Notes under the pieces: generated by a model
What the model was told of the DNA's origin: nothing
Databases searched by the model: none
The model's input: only the letters and a program-made list of their open reading frames with translations
Source of the DNA: Polyangiaceae bacterium
GTDB taxonomy: Bacteria > Myxococcota_A > Polyangia > Polyangiales > Polyangiaceae
Reading direction: 5' to 3'
Length of the DNA stretch: 64,000 nucleotides
NCBI GenBank assembly: GCA_044376115.1
Contig: JBILLK010000028.1
Coordinates: 1-64,000 of the forward strand
Program-made: the position numbers and the translations under genes
Shown here: positions 28,918-39,058 of the stretch, piece after piece
Layout of the letters: each line of letters starts with the position of its first letter
Position numbering within the stretch: position 1 is the first letter of the stretch

Positions 28918-30531
28918 TTACTTGCCGAGCTCTTCATCGTGAACGATGGGCATCGGGTTGGCGTCTTGGTTGAACATCACGTGAGCGGCGTCTTTGCGCA
29001 GTTGCGAGCGCGACTTGAGTTCGTCGCGGCCCTGCACCGTCTGCAGCTTGGTGGCGTCTTCCTTCAACAGCGTCGCCATCGTGCCGAGGTAGGCCGTGCG
29101 CGCCGACTTGACCGCCTCGAGCGAGGCAGCGTCATCGAGCAACACCTTGCCGTACTCGCGGCGTGCACCCGGCGGATAAACCGAGTCGACGCGGGCGCGG
29201 AGGAAGGCGCGCAGATGGCCGTCCACCTTGGTCACGTCAGTCGGTAGGCCCATGGTTGCTGGCGCGTACAGATCACAGCGGGCCTTCGAGAAGATGTCGT
29301 TGCGATCGTCGAGCAGACGCACCGCGATCGTCGTCTTCTGCGAAACCACCTTCTTCTTGATCAGCGAGGTCTCGATGCGCTTGTCCATGTCCGAGCGGAC
29401 CGGCATCAAGATCGGGAAGACATCGGTGCTGTAGGAAATAGGCGGCTGGAAAGAGCCACCGGCGACAGCGCCCGGATCGACGAACAGCTCGAGCGGGACG
29501 GTGGAGAAGGCGCTGGCGTATTGCAGCTCGGTCTCGCAGAAGACGCTCTTCAGCAGATTCTTCACGCCTCCGGGCTGGTCCCCGTCGATCGTCGCTTGCA
29601 CGAAGCCAAGCCTGGGATCGGTGGCATAGCCCTCGTTCCAAACGCGCATACCGGCGATGATGATCTTCTCGAAGTCGTTGGCCAGGCTGAGCCGCGCGTG
29701 CTTGCCGTCGATCGATACAGCCTCGTTGACGATCGAGCGGGTCTCCCCCGTCAGCTTGGAAGCGGACTCGGGCAGCGTCTTGTGCGTGCTCACCCAGTTG
29801 GTCCATGGCTCGTGCATCTCGTTGAACAGCGGCCCCATGTTCTTGTGGCAGTTGTTGCACTGGCGGTCGGCCGACTTCTTCGAGCTCAGCCGCTTCTTGG
29901 CCGGGTCTTTGGTGTAGACGTAAATCGAGCCGTCCGGACGAAGCTGGATGCGCTGCAAGATGCCCGGCGCCTTCGGATCGGCGCTGGGCGTCATTAGGTA
30001 GAAGTTGTACAGGCCGGTCTTGCGATCGAGCGCCATCACCTCGACCCGATCGAACACCATCGGATCGCCCTTGCCGGCGTTGGGCACGTCGGGCGAGCTG
30101 AAGAGCGCCGCCATCAGGCTGAAGGACTGATATTGCGGCTCACCGTTGTTCGGCATGTCACCGGTGTTGCAACCGGTGATCACCGCGCGCGGCATCAAGC
30201 CCTCCACTTCCTCGGTGGCGCCGGTTGCGCGCGTGGAGCTCTCTTCGACCACGAAGATCTCCTTCGTGTCTTGTCGCTTGCACGCGCGCCCCATGCCGAA
30301 GAGCGTCTCGAACTCGGCCCAATTGCGCGGCACTTTGTCGAGATGACCGTTGAGCACGTCCGCCACTCGGTCATCACCGAACAGCGTCTTGGTCTCGGTC
30401 ACGTCGAGCTCGTCACCGGTCTCGACGCTGTCTTCGTCGTCGCAGCCGCCGCCGGCGCCCAACATAAGCGCTGCCGCGAGCAAGCCGGCAGCGCGCAAGC
30501 CTTTGGAGCGAAGGAAGGAAGAACTAAACAT
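28918..30531 (-). CDS. Large mono-heme c-type cytochrome lipoprotein (paralog B)
   Basis: Signal peptide ending GGGC; single CNNCH at 29845-29859; collinear similarity to paralog A. Confidence 0.7.
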   Translation of the reverse strand: MFSSSFLRSKGLRAAGLLAAALMLGAGGGCDDEDSVETGDELDVTETKTLFGDDRVADVLNGHLDKVPRNWAEFETLFGMGRACKRQDTKEIFVVEESSTRATGATEEVEGLMPRAVITGCNTGDMPNNGEPQYQSFSLMAALFSSPDVPNAGKGDPMVFDRVEVMALDRKTGLYNFYLMTPSADPKAPGILQRIQLRPDGSIYVYTKDPAKKRLSSKKSADRQCNNCHKNMGPLFNEMHEPWTNWVSTHKTLPESASKLTGETRSIVNEAVSIDGKHARLSLANDFEKIIIAGMRVWNEGYATDPRLGFVQATIDGDQPGGVKNLLKSVFCETELQYASAFSTVPLELFVDPGAVAGGSFQPPISYSTDVFPILMPVRSDMDKRIETSLIKKKVVSQKTTIAVRLLDDRNDIFSKARCDLYAPATMGLPTDVTKVDGHLRAFLRARVDSVYPPGARREYGKVLLDDAASLEAVKSARTAYLGTMATLLKEDATKLQTVQGRDELKSRSQLRKDAAHVMFNQDANPMPIVHDEELGK

Positions 30532-30546
30532 CAAGGACCCCTATTC

Positions 30547-30600
30547 CGCCGGAGGCGGATGCAGCAATCACTTCGCCGGAGGCGGATGCAGCAATCACTT
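30547..30600. repeat. Perfect 27-bp tandem duplication
   Basis: CGCCGGAGGCGGATGCAGCAATCACTT x2, spanning the upstream gene's stop codon. Confidence 0.95.
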
Positions 30601-31770
30601 CGAGGTCTTGGTGAAGGCCTTGCAGAACTCGCTCGTCTTCTTGGAGCAGGAGCCTGCCGTCTCCACCGCGCGGAGCGGAGCCGTGAGCACGATGTCCTTG
30701 CCGTAACGCTCGTTGCAGAAGGCTTGGATGTTCTCCGAGTAATCGAGGCTGGTCTCGAGATCGCTGCGCTCCGAAGCGGGCACCTCACACAGCGTCATCT
30801 GCGCGTAATCCTGGCCGTCCACCTTTACGCGGCGGCAGCCGGGGGGCAGCGCGTCCTTCGAGCTCCAGGTGCCCTGGAGGAAGCCGGGCAGCGCGTCGGG
30901 GAGAGCCGTGTAAGCGCAGCCGCACTCATCATTGGCGCGCACGGTGACCTGCGCGATGTGCGGATCACTCATGCGCCAATCCACGCCGCCGTGCTCGAGG
31001 TTGTCCACGGCCATACAAGCGACCAAGTCCTTGTAGGTCTGGTAGTTGGCCGCCTTGGTGGTGGGGATCTTCACGCCGAGCTTGGTGACCTTGCTCCAAG
31101 CCGTCTTGTTGCTCAGGTCTTGGCCGCGGCAAGCGGTACGGAGCTTCTCGGCGTTGGCCGAATTCGCCGGATCCGTGCTGGCGAGGAAACAAGCGGCCTG
31201 ACGCTCGTCATTGACGTCCTTGGGAGCGTTCATCGCGTCCACCACCAGCGTGGTGGCTGCACCGCGCGAGTTGAACTGGCCCTTCATGCGGATGAGGTCC
31301 TTGGAGATGGGAGCGTTGGCGTTCTCCTTCTTGGCGAGCTCCTTCGCCAGCTTGGCGTCGAGCACCGTGTCGTCGGTCACGTCCATGTAGACCGAGGTGA
31401 AGAAGCAGTAGAGCGGCGCTGCCGGATCGATGTCGGCGTAGGTGTCGGCGCGCTTGCCGTTGGAGAGAGCGAAGTACTCGCAGTACTCCTGGCCGCGATC
31501 CTCTGCGCCATCCACGCCGGGGCGGTCACCACACTGCCAACGCACCACACCGTCAGCCAACTCTTGCGGGCGAACCGCGATGTGCCGCTGGATGTTCTCC
31601 GAGCAAAGGCCCGCGAGCTCCCAGGGCGTGGTGGCTCCCTCGGGGACCACGTTCTGCTCGTCCCCAGTCTCAACCGAGTCCTCCTCACAACCGGGCGACA
31701 AGAAGGCCAACCCAGCCATCGCAAAGGAGAGAAGCCCGATAGAACCAGCAGCGCGGCGAGCGATCTTCAT
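30595..31770 (-). CDS. Cys-rich lipoprotein, first gene of the three-lipoprotein operon
   Basis: Signal peptide ending SPGC; 14 further Cys, no CxxCH; AAGGA SD before ATG 31770. Confidence 0.75.
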   Translation of the reverse strand: MKIARRAAGSIGLLSFAMAGLAFLSPGCEEDSVETGDEQNVVPEGATTPWELAGLCSENIQRHIAVRPQELADGVVRWQCGDRPGVDGAEDRGQEYCEYFALSNGKRADTYADIDPAAPLYCFFTSVYMDVTDDTVLDAKLAKELAKKENANAPISKDLIRMKGQFNSRGAATTLVVDAMNAPKDVNDERQAACFLASTDPANSANAEKLRTACRGQDLSNKTAWSKVTKLGVKIPTTKAANYQTYKDLVACMAVDNLEHGGVDWRMSDPHIAQVTVRANDECGCAYTALPDALPGFLQGTWSSKDALPPGCRRVKVDGQDYAQMTLCEVPASERSDLETSLDYSENIQAFCNERYGKDIVLTAPLRAVETAGSCSKKTSEFCKAFTKTSK

Positions 31771-31799
31771 GGTGTGCATCCTTATGTGGTCCCCCGTTA

Positions 31800-31815
31800 A
31801 GCATGGCCCGTACCA
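31800..31815 (-). promoter_or_regulatory. Putative sigma54 -24/-12 promoter of the lipoprotein/cytochrome operon
   Basis: Minus strand TGGTACGGGCCATGCT (GG-N10-GC) about 30 nt upstream of the ATG. Confidence 0.65.
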
Positions 31816-31932
31816 GCCGGCCAGCATGGACAAGAATCTGACCACGTTACTACGTAAGTTACCAAGATCTCAATAGGTACCCAAGTTACCTACATCAACT
31901 TTCATTGACCGATGTTGTAAGAGCCTGGATAG

Positions 31933-33480
<1,548 letters not shown>

Positions 33481-33566
33481 AAGTCACTGGAACTACGCGA
33501 GCGCCTCCAAGTACTCGTAGCGACGAAGGAAGCCCTCCAGCCATTTGCACGGCTTGTGCCAGTGGG

Positions 33567-33603
33567 CATCACCGTAGAAGCGCCCCACTACCCCGGCTCG
33601 TGG
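33567..33603 (+). repeat. Degenerate copy of guaB 3' end (33444-33480)
   Basis: 32/37 identical nt by manual alignment. Confidence 0.8.
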
Positions 33604-33733
33604 AGAACTTGCACCAGTTCATCCGCCCACAGGAGTGGACTTCCAGGTAAGGTTTGCAAAGTTCGGTTCGCCGAGCGCGGCGCCACTGGCGACGTGACGC
33701 CGGTTCGGCTCTCTCACAGAAAGGTCGCATGCG

Positions 33734-34609
33734 ATGGATTTCGAAGAGTACCTAACGGTCACGTCAGACCCGGAGACGCGCGCCGCGAGGTACGAAGAGC
33801 TGATCAACGCCTACTACGATTGGTCGACCTCGGCGTTCCCAGAGATGTGGGGCAGCAGCCTTCACTTCGCGGTGTACGAGGGGACCGAGACCTTTCTGCA
33901 GGCCTGCGAGAATCAGGAGCGCTTCCTCCTGAAGGAGCTCGGACTCGACGCCACCATGAAGGTGCTCGATCTCGGCAGCGGCCTCGGCGGGCCAGCGTGC
34001 TTCATGGCGCGCGAGTCGGGGGCGTTCATACAAGGCATCGATCTGTCGACGCGGAGGGCCGGGCTCGCGACCGAGAAGGCGAAGACCGAGGGGCTCGCCG
34101 AGCGCACCAACTTCATGGTCGCGAGCGCCACGAAGCTGCCGTTTCCCGACGAGACCTTCGACGCTTCGTACTCCACCGAGGTCGCCGCGCATGTCCCGAA
34201 CAAGATGGAGTTTTTCAACTCGGCGTATCGGGTGTTGAAACCGGGCGGACATTTTGTCGGGTGGGACTGGGTGAAGAAGCACGTCCCGCAGTCGGCGGAC
34301 GAGCAAGAGCCGATCGACGCGCTCTGCAAGTTCCACGGCATCGCAGCGCTCCTCACGGCCGACGAGCTCAAGGCACACCTCGCGGAGGCCGGCTTCGAGA
34401 TCGTGGAGTTCCGCGACCTCGCCGAGAAGAGCGCCAAGCCGTGGTGGCACGAGATCGGGCGGCGAAACGCGATCGCGCGCATGCTCTCGAAAGAAAAACG
34501 CACAGGGGAGGTGGAGATCCTCCTGAAGACCGCGGAAGCCCTCGTGCGCGGCGGTGAGCGCGGGATCCTCACGCCACTGCAATTCTGGAAGGTGAAGAAG
34601 CCAGGCTGA
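33734..34609 (+). CDS. SAM-dependent methyltransferase, sterol C24-methyltransferase (ERG6/SMT)-like
   Basis: YYD...WGSSLHF, VLDLGSGLGGPA, YSTEVAAHVP, YRVLKPGG.F..WDW and SMT-type C-terminal LVRGGERGILTP...KKP. Confidence 0.75.
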   Translation: MDFEEYLTVTSDPETRAARYEELINAYYDWSTSAFPEMWGSSLHFAVYEGTETFLQACENQERFLLKELGLDATMKVLDLGSGLGGPACFMARESGAFIQGIDLSTRRAGLATEKAKTEGLAERTNFMVASATKLPFPDETFDASYSTEVAAHVPNKMEFFNSAYRVLKPGGHFVGWDWVKKHVPQSADEQEPIDALCKFHGIAALLTADELKAHLAEAGFEIVEFRDLAEKSAKPWWHEIGRRNAIARMLSKEKRTGEVEILLKTAEALVRGGERGILTPLQFWKVKKPG

Positions 34610-34744
34610 GGCGGAGCGCATCCTCGCGCGGTGCCTCCGGGCCCTCGCGTAAGAGCGGCTGCTCGAAGCTCCCGCGCACGGGCGGTGCTCGGGGTAAGCT
34701 CCGGCTCTTCGTTGAGGGCGCACGATTTCGAGAGGACGAGGAAC

Positions 34745-36283
34745 GTGAGGGCAGTGACAAGGACGGTGGCGCTCGTGCGGCGCCAGGATCGGCTGCTCGC
34801 GAGTTTGCGGCTGGGGCTCGTGCTGCTCGCTGGATGCGCTGTCGCGGAGGCTCCGCGTTGTCCCAGCGTCTACTCGCCTCCATGCACTGCCGCTGCGCCG
34901 AGCAGCAGCGCGGGCGCAGAGCCACCGCCCGCTGCAGCGCCGCCCGGGCCGCTGGCCAGCGCCTTCGCGGAGACGGCCGGCAAGATCCAAGCGCAGTCGC
35001 TCGCGAGCCACGCAGCCTTCGAGCGACTGCGCGTACTCACCGACACCATCGGGCATCGGCTCTCCGGCACGCCGCAACTGGACCGCGCGATCGAGTGGGC
35101 CAAGCGTGAGTTCGAGAAAGACGCTCAGGAGAACGTCCACACCGAGAAGGTGATGGTGCCGCATTGGAAACGCGGTGTGGAGCGCGGCTATCTGTTTGCG
35201 ACAGCCTCGCAAGAGGTGAAGGTGTTGGGCCTCGGCGGCACAGTGCCCACGCCGAAGGGGGGCATCACGGCGAAGGTGATCGTGATCGCTTCGTTCGAGG
35301 AGCTGGAGCAGCGCGCGAGCGAAGTGAAGGGCGCCATCGTGCTCTACAACGTGCCGATGCCGGCCTTCGATGAGGAGAAGGGCTCTGGCTACGGCGGGGT
35401 TGCCAAATACCGCTCCGAAGGTCCTTCGCGTGCGGCCAAGCTCGGCGCCAAGGCGGTGCTGATGCGCTCGGTGACCGCGCACAGTTTGAGCACGCTGCAC
35501 ACCGGCGCCCTGCGCTACGCCAAGGACGTCGAGAAGATCCCCGCCGCTGCGATCACCACCGAGTCGGCCGATCTCCTGGCCCGCCTCGTTGCGCACGGCG
35601 AACAGGTTCGCTTCAAGCTCGAGCTCGACAGCCAGACCCTGACCGACGCTCCCAGCGCCAACGTGATCGCCGAGATCGTCGGGCGCGAGAAGCCGGACGA
35701 GATGGTGCTGATCGGCGCGCACCTCGACTCGTGGGATCTCGGGCAAGGCGCGCATGACGACGGCGCAGGCTGCGTGATGCTGATGCAGGCCCTCGCCGAT
35801 TTGCGCAAGCTCGGCCTGCGCCCGCGCAGAACCATTCGTGCGGTGCTCTTCACCAACGAGGAGAACGGGCTCAAAGGCGCTTTGGCCTACGGAGAAGCGC
35901 ACAAGGCCGAGCTGCCAAAGATCGTCGCCGCGTTCGAAGCCGATATCGGCGGCTTTGCGCCGCGCGGGCTCACCGTGGAGACGGCCAAGGAGAAGCAGCC
36001 GGTGATCCTCCCGCGCGTGCAAGACCTGATGCAGCTGATGGCGCCGCTCGGCGCTTCGCGCGTGATCCCCGAGTTCTCCGGCGCCGATCTGATCCCGCTC
36101 ACCAAAGGCGGCGTGCTCGGCCTGGGCCTGCTCACGGACCACCGCCGCTACTTCGACATTCACCACACCGAGGCCGATACCCTCGACAAAGTCGACCCCG
36201 ACGACCTCGCCAAGAACACAGCCTTCGTCGCAACGTTGGCCTACGTGATCGCCGACGCTGAAGAGCGGCTCGACCGACCGTAG
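34745..36283 (+). CDS. M28 family metallopeptidase (carboxypeptidase Q-like) lipoprotein
   Basis: LAGC lipobox; PA domain; GAHLDSWDLGQGAHDDGAG, NEENG, HHTEADT; start uncertain. Confidence 0.92.
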   Translation: MRAVTRTVALVRRQDRLLASLRLGLVLLAGCAVAEAPRCPSVYSPPCTAAAPSSSAGAEPPPAAAPPGPLASAFAETAGKIQAQSLASHAAFERLRVLTDTIGHRLSGTPQLDRAIEWAKREFEKDAQENVHTEKVMVPHWKRGVERGYLFATASQEVKVLGLGGTVPTPKGGITAKVIVIASFEELEQRASEVKGAIVLYNVPMPAFDEEKGSGYGGVAKYRSEGPSRAAKLGAKAVLMRSVTAHSLSTLHTGALRYAKDVEKIPAAAITTESADLLARLVAHGEQVRFKLELDSQTLTDAPSANVIAEIVGREKPDEMVLIGAHLDSWDLGQGAHDDGAGCVMLMQALADLRKLGLRPRRTIRAVLFTNEENGLKGALAYGEAHKAELPKIVAAFEADIGGFAPRGLTVETAKEKQPVILPRVQDLMQLMAPLGASRVIPEFSGADLIPLTKGGVLGLGLLTDHRRYFDIHHTEADTLDKVDPDDLAKNTAFVATLAYVIADAEERLDRP

Positions 36284-36287
36284 CGGC

Positions 36288-36761
36288 CTACTTCATCGGA
36301 AAGCCGGCGGAGAAGCGGCTGAGCGCTGCTTCGTATTCGCTGCGCGAGAAGTAGAAGTCGCGCAGGTCGGGGAAGTCGCTGGTGGGCTCGGGAGGAGGGC
36401 CAGGCTTGGGCTTGAAGGCGTTGCCTTCGGACCCGATGTTCGACCAAACGACGCACTCCTCCAAGGTGCTCACCAAGACGGCGATCGCGCCGCAACCGAG
36501 GTCGCCACATTCGCCGCAGACGTAAAGCGGTACGCGGCCCGACGGTAAGCTCGAGCGTTCGCGCAGCCACAACTGGTGCGCGTACTTGCGCTCCACCCGC
36601 GCAGTCTGCCAGCCGAACACCGAAGGAGGCTGATAGCCCTCATTGCCAACCATCGCGGAAAGCGAGCGGCGATTGACGGTGAAGTCGAAGAAGCGCTGCT
36701 CGCGGCCCGGCGAGACCGCCTCTACGAAGTCGAGCTTGTCGTAGTCCGCCTTGGGCTTCAT
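36288..36761 (-). CDS. Hypothetical protein with CxxCGDxGC motif
   Basis: PLYVCGECGDLGCG. Confidence 0.65.
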   Translation of the reverse strand: MKPKADYDKLDFVEAVSPGREQRFFDFTVNRRSLSAMVGNEGYQPPSVFGWQTARVERKYAHQLWLRERSSLPSGRVPLYVCGECGDLGCGAIAVLVSTLEECVVWSNIGSEGNAFKPKPGPPPEPTSDFPDLRDFYFSRSEYEAALSRFSAGFPMK

Positions 36762-36820
36762 TGCCCGGTCAATGCTTTCACGGACTTGCATCCGACTCTA
36801 GCGCAGGGCTAACAAGTCTT

Positions 36821-39040
36821 ATGGACCTCGTCTCCCTTTGCCCGCTACGGGTTGCGAGCACCGTCTGGCAGAGAAAGGGCCAGCGCGCGCTCACCGTCGT
36901 GTGCAAAGGCACGTTCAAGCTGACGCCGGGCGAGCTGACACTGGCGGATGAACAAGAGCCGATCCTCAAGCAGGACCTTCACCACGGTAACGAGCCCACG
37001 CGCAGTTTGCGTGTGGCGGGCGAGCTCGCACCGATCAAGCAACGCTTCGACGTGGTGCTGATCGGCAGCGCCTTCGCTCCCAACGCTGAGCTCGTGCGCT
37101 CGCTCGTGGTGCGCCTTTCACTCGCTGGGCTGCGCAAATCCTTCGAGGTCTACGGAGACCGCTTCGTCGATGCGCAGGGTGTGCTCAGCCCGGCCGAGGC
37201 CTTCGCGAGCTTGCCGCTCGTGTATGAACGCGCGGCCGGTGGGGAGGGCACGAGCAACCCGGTGGGGCTCTCGCCCGAGCAGCGGGATAGCTGGGGTCGC
37301 ACGCGGATCCCCAACCTGCTCGCGCTCGGTGCGCAGCTGGGCGGACCGCACGCGCGCCTCGAACCGGTGGGCTTCGGTCCAATTGCGGCCGCGTGGCCTG
37401 GCCGCCGCGAAAAGCTGAGCGCGCGCACGGCTACGGCCGCCGGCGCGACCTTCGCGCTGGAGGACGATCTCGAGGCGGGCTTCTTCAACGTCGCGCCGCT
37501 CGATCAACAGCTCGACCACCTGCCGGAGGATGCGCAGCTCGAGCTCGAGAACCTCCACCCGGAGGTGCCTTTGCTCAAAGCGCGCATGCCGCGTTTGCAG
37601 CCGCAAGCTGTGTTCGAGGGTGGGTCGGGCTCGGAGCTGGTGCCGCTGCGTTGGGACACGCTGCTGATCGATACCGATCAACAGCTTTGCACTGTGCTGT
37701 GGCGAGGTCACGTGCGCGCGGAACGAGAAGGGGGTCGCATCGTTGTTTCGCTCGATGAACGTTTGACGACGCTGACCTTGTCGCTGCAAGCGATCGATGA
37801 AGCGACCTCGCTACCACCCGAGCGAACGCCGCAACCTTCGTTGCCTTTCCCAGCGCCGTCGCAGCCGCCACCCAAACCTTCGGCGCCAACGGTGCAACCG
37901 CCTGCCAGGCTGCCTGCCGTACCGCTTGCACCGCTGGCTATGCAACCTCCGCGGCAGCCGATGCAACCTCCGCTTGCGCCGCTGGCGCTCCAGCCTCCGC
38001 TGCCGCCTGCTCAGGCGCCGCTCGCACCGCCGGCTATGCCGTCGCAACCAGCGTTGCAGCCAACGGCGCTGCAACCTCCCGCGCGCTTTGGTGCGGTGTT
38101 GCAACCGGTTCCGGTCAGCCCACCTTCGCACGCGGGGAGCGCCGGTTCACAGGGGCTGCGCGCCGCCTCCGACGCAGCAGCCGATCCAGTAGGCCGGCCA
38201 GTGGCGCGCGTAGCCGAGCTTCCCGAGAGCACGCTGCAAGCCGATGAGGTGTTGCAACTGTTGTGGTTCGCCGAAGCGCAAATGCCGCGGCTGCGCCGCA
38301 AGCCTGCGTTCCGACCTTTGCTTGCTGCGCTCGACGAGCGCCCGCTGGACGCCGAGGTGGATGACCCCGCGCTCGCGGCCTCGCCCGCGTTGGTGGAAGA
38401 TCGCCGCGAGGTCTCCGAGCTGCTCTTGCGCGGCGCAGTGTGCAATGAGGAGCAACTCGAGCAGGCGCTGGGCCGCGGCGTGCGCGAGGGTCACAAATTC
38501 GCGGCATTGCTCGAGCTGTTCGAGGGCGAGTTGAGCTTTCCCTTCGATGATCTGGAGCGCCTCAAGCTGACCATGGCCACGGTGGCGCCGTTCGTTACGC
38601 CGGCGGATGAGGCGCTGCGCACCGCGCTGCAAACCAGCAAAGACTTCCTCGCGTTGACCGCCCCCAGCTCGACCAACCCGATGGCCGAGGGGCTCTCCAA
38701 GCGGCTGCGCGATACCTACCACGCGAGCCCGCGACCCACCGCCGCAGGCTACGTAGAGACGCAGGTCGAGCGCGCGCTGCTCGAGCAACGGCACTACCAA
38801 CGGCGGCTTTTGCACGGCGCCAAACAGCTGCGCGCGGTGCTCGGGCAAGGCGCGCATGCGGCGCCGGTCTACCTACCCGAAGAGCTGGCCTTCCAACTGC
38901 CGTTGCACCCTCGCTTCAAGGCCCGGCTGATCGCCGAGGTACATCCGCGGGTCGATCATCTCGAGTCCCACGCTGTCTCGCTCAAGGCCGTCGCGCTAGC
39001 TTGGATCTTCCGCACGCCGAGCAGCAAAGCCCGGCGCTGA
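36821..39040 (+). CDS. DUF2169 family T6SS accessory protein with Pro-rich linker and extra C-terminal domain
   Basis: LTVVCKGTF, APIKQRFDVVLIGSA, PLVYERAAGG, GFGPI...W..R, FFNVAPLDQ, DTLLIDTD....VLWRG. Confidence 0.88.
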   Translation: MDLVSLCPLRVASTVWQRKGQRALTVVCKGTFKLTPGELTLADEQEPILKQDLHHGNEPTRSLRVAGELAPIKQRFDVVLIGSAFAPNAELVRSLVVRLSLAGLRKSFEVYGDRFVDAQGVLSPAEAFASLPLVYERAAGGEGTSNPVGLSPEQRDSWGRTRIPNLLALGAQLGGPHARLEPVGFGPIAAAWPGRREKLSARTATAAGATFALEDDLEAGFFNVAPLDQQLDHLPEDAQLELENLHPEVPLLKARMPRLQPQAVFEGGSGSELVPLRWDTLLIDTDQQLCTVLWRGHVRAEREGGRIVVSLDERLTTLTLSLQAIDEATSLPPERTPQPSLPFPAPSQPPPKPSAPTVQPPARLPAVPLAPLAMQPPRQPMQPPLAPLALQPPLPPAQAPLAPPAMPSQPALQPTALQPPARFGAVLQPVPVSPPSHAGSAGSQGLRAASDAAADPVGRPVARVAELPESTLQADEVLQLLWFAEAQMPRLRRKPAFRPLLAALDERPLDAEVDDPALAASPALVEDRREVSELLLRGAVCNEEQLEQALGRGVREGHKFAALLELFEGELSFPFDDLERLKLTMATVAPFVTPADEALRTALQTSKDFLALTAPSSTNPMAEGLSKRLRDTYHASPRPTAAGYVETQVERALLEQRHYQRRLLHGAKQLRAVLGQGAHAAPVYLPEELAFQLPLHPRFKARLIAEVHPRVDHLESHAVSLKAVALAWIFRTPSSKARR

Positions 39041-39058
39041 GCGTTCGCGCGGCCCGAG

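Noticed and set aside
30541..30597. Selenocysteine readthrough at the tandem TGA codons
   Set aside because: Explained by the 27-bp duplication; no redox motif context and no convincing SECIS.
33764..36166. Long antisense ORFs (also 44338-46500, 30133-31800, 13934-14926)
   Set aside because: Shadow frames of GC-rich genes with clear family motifs on the other strand.
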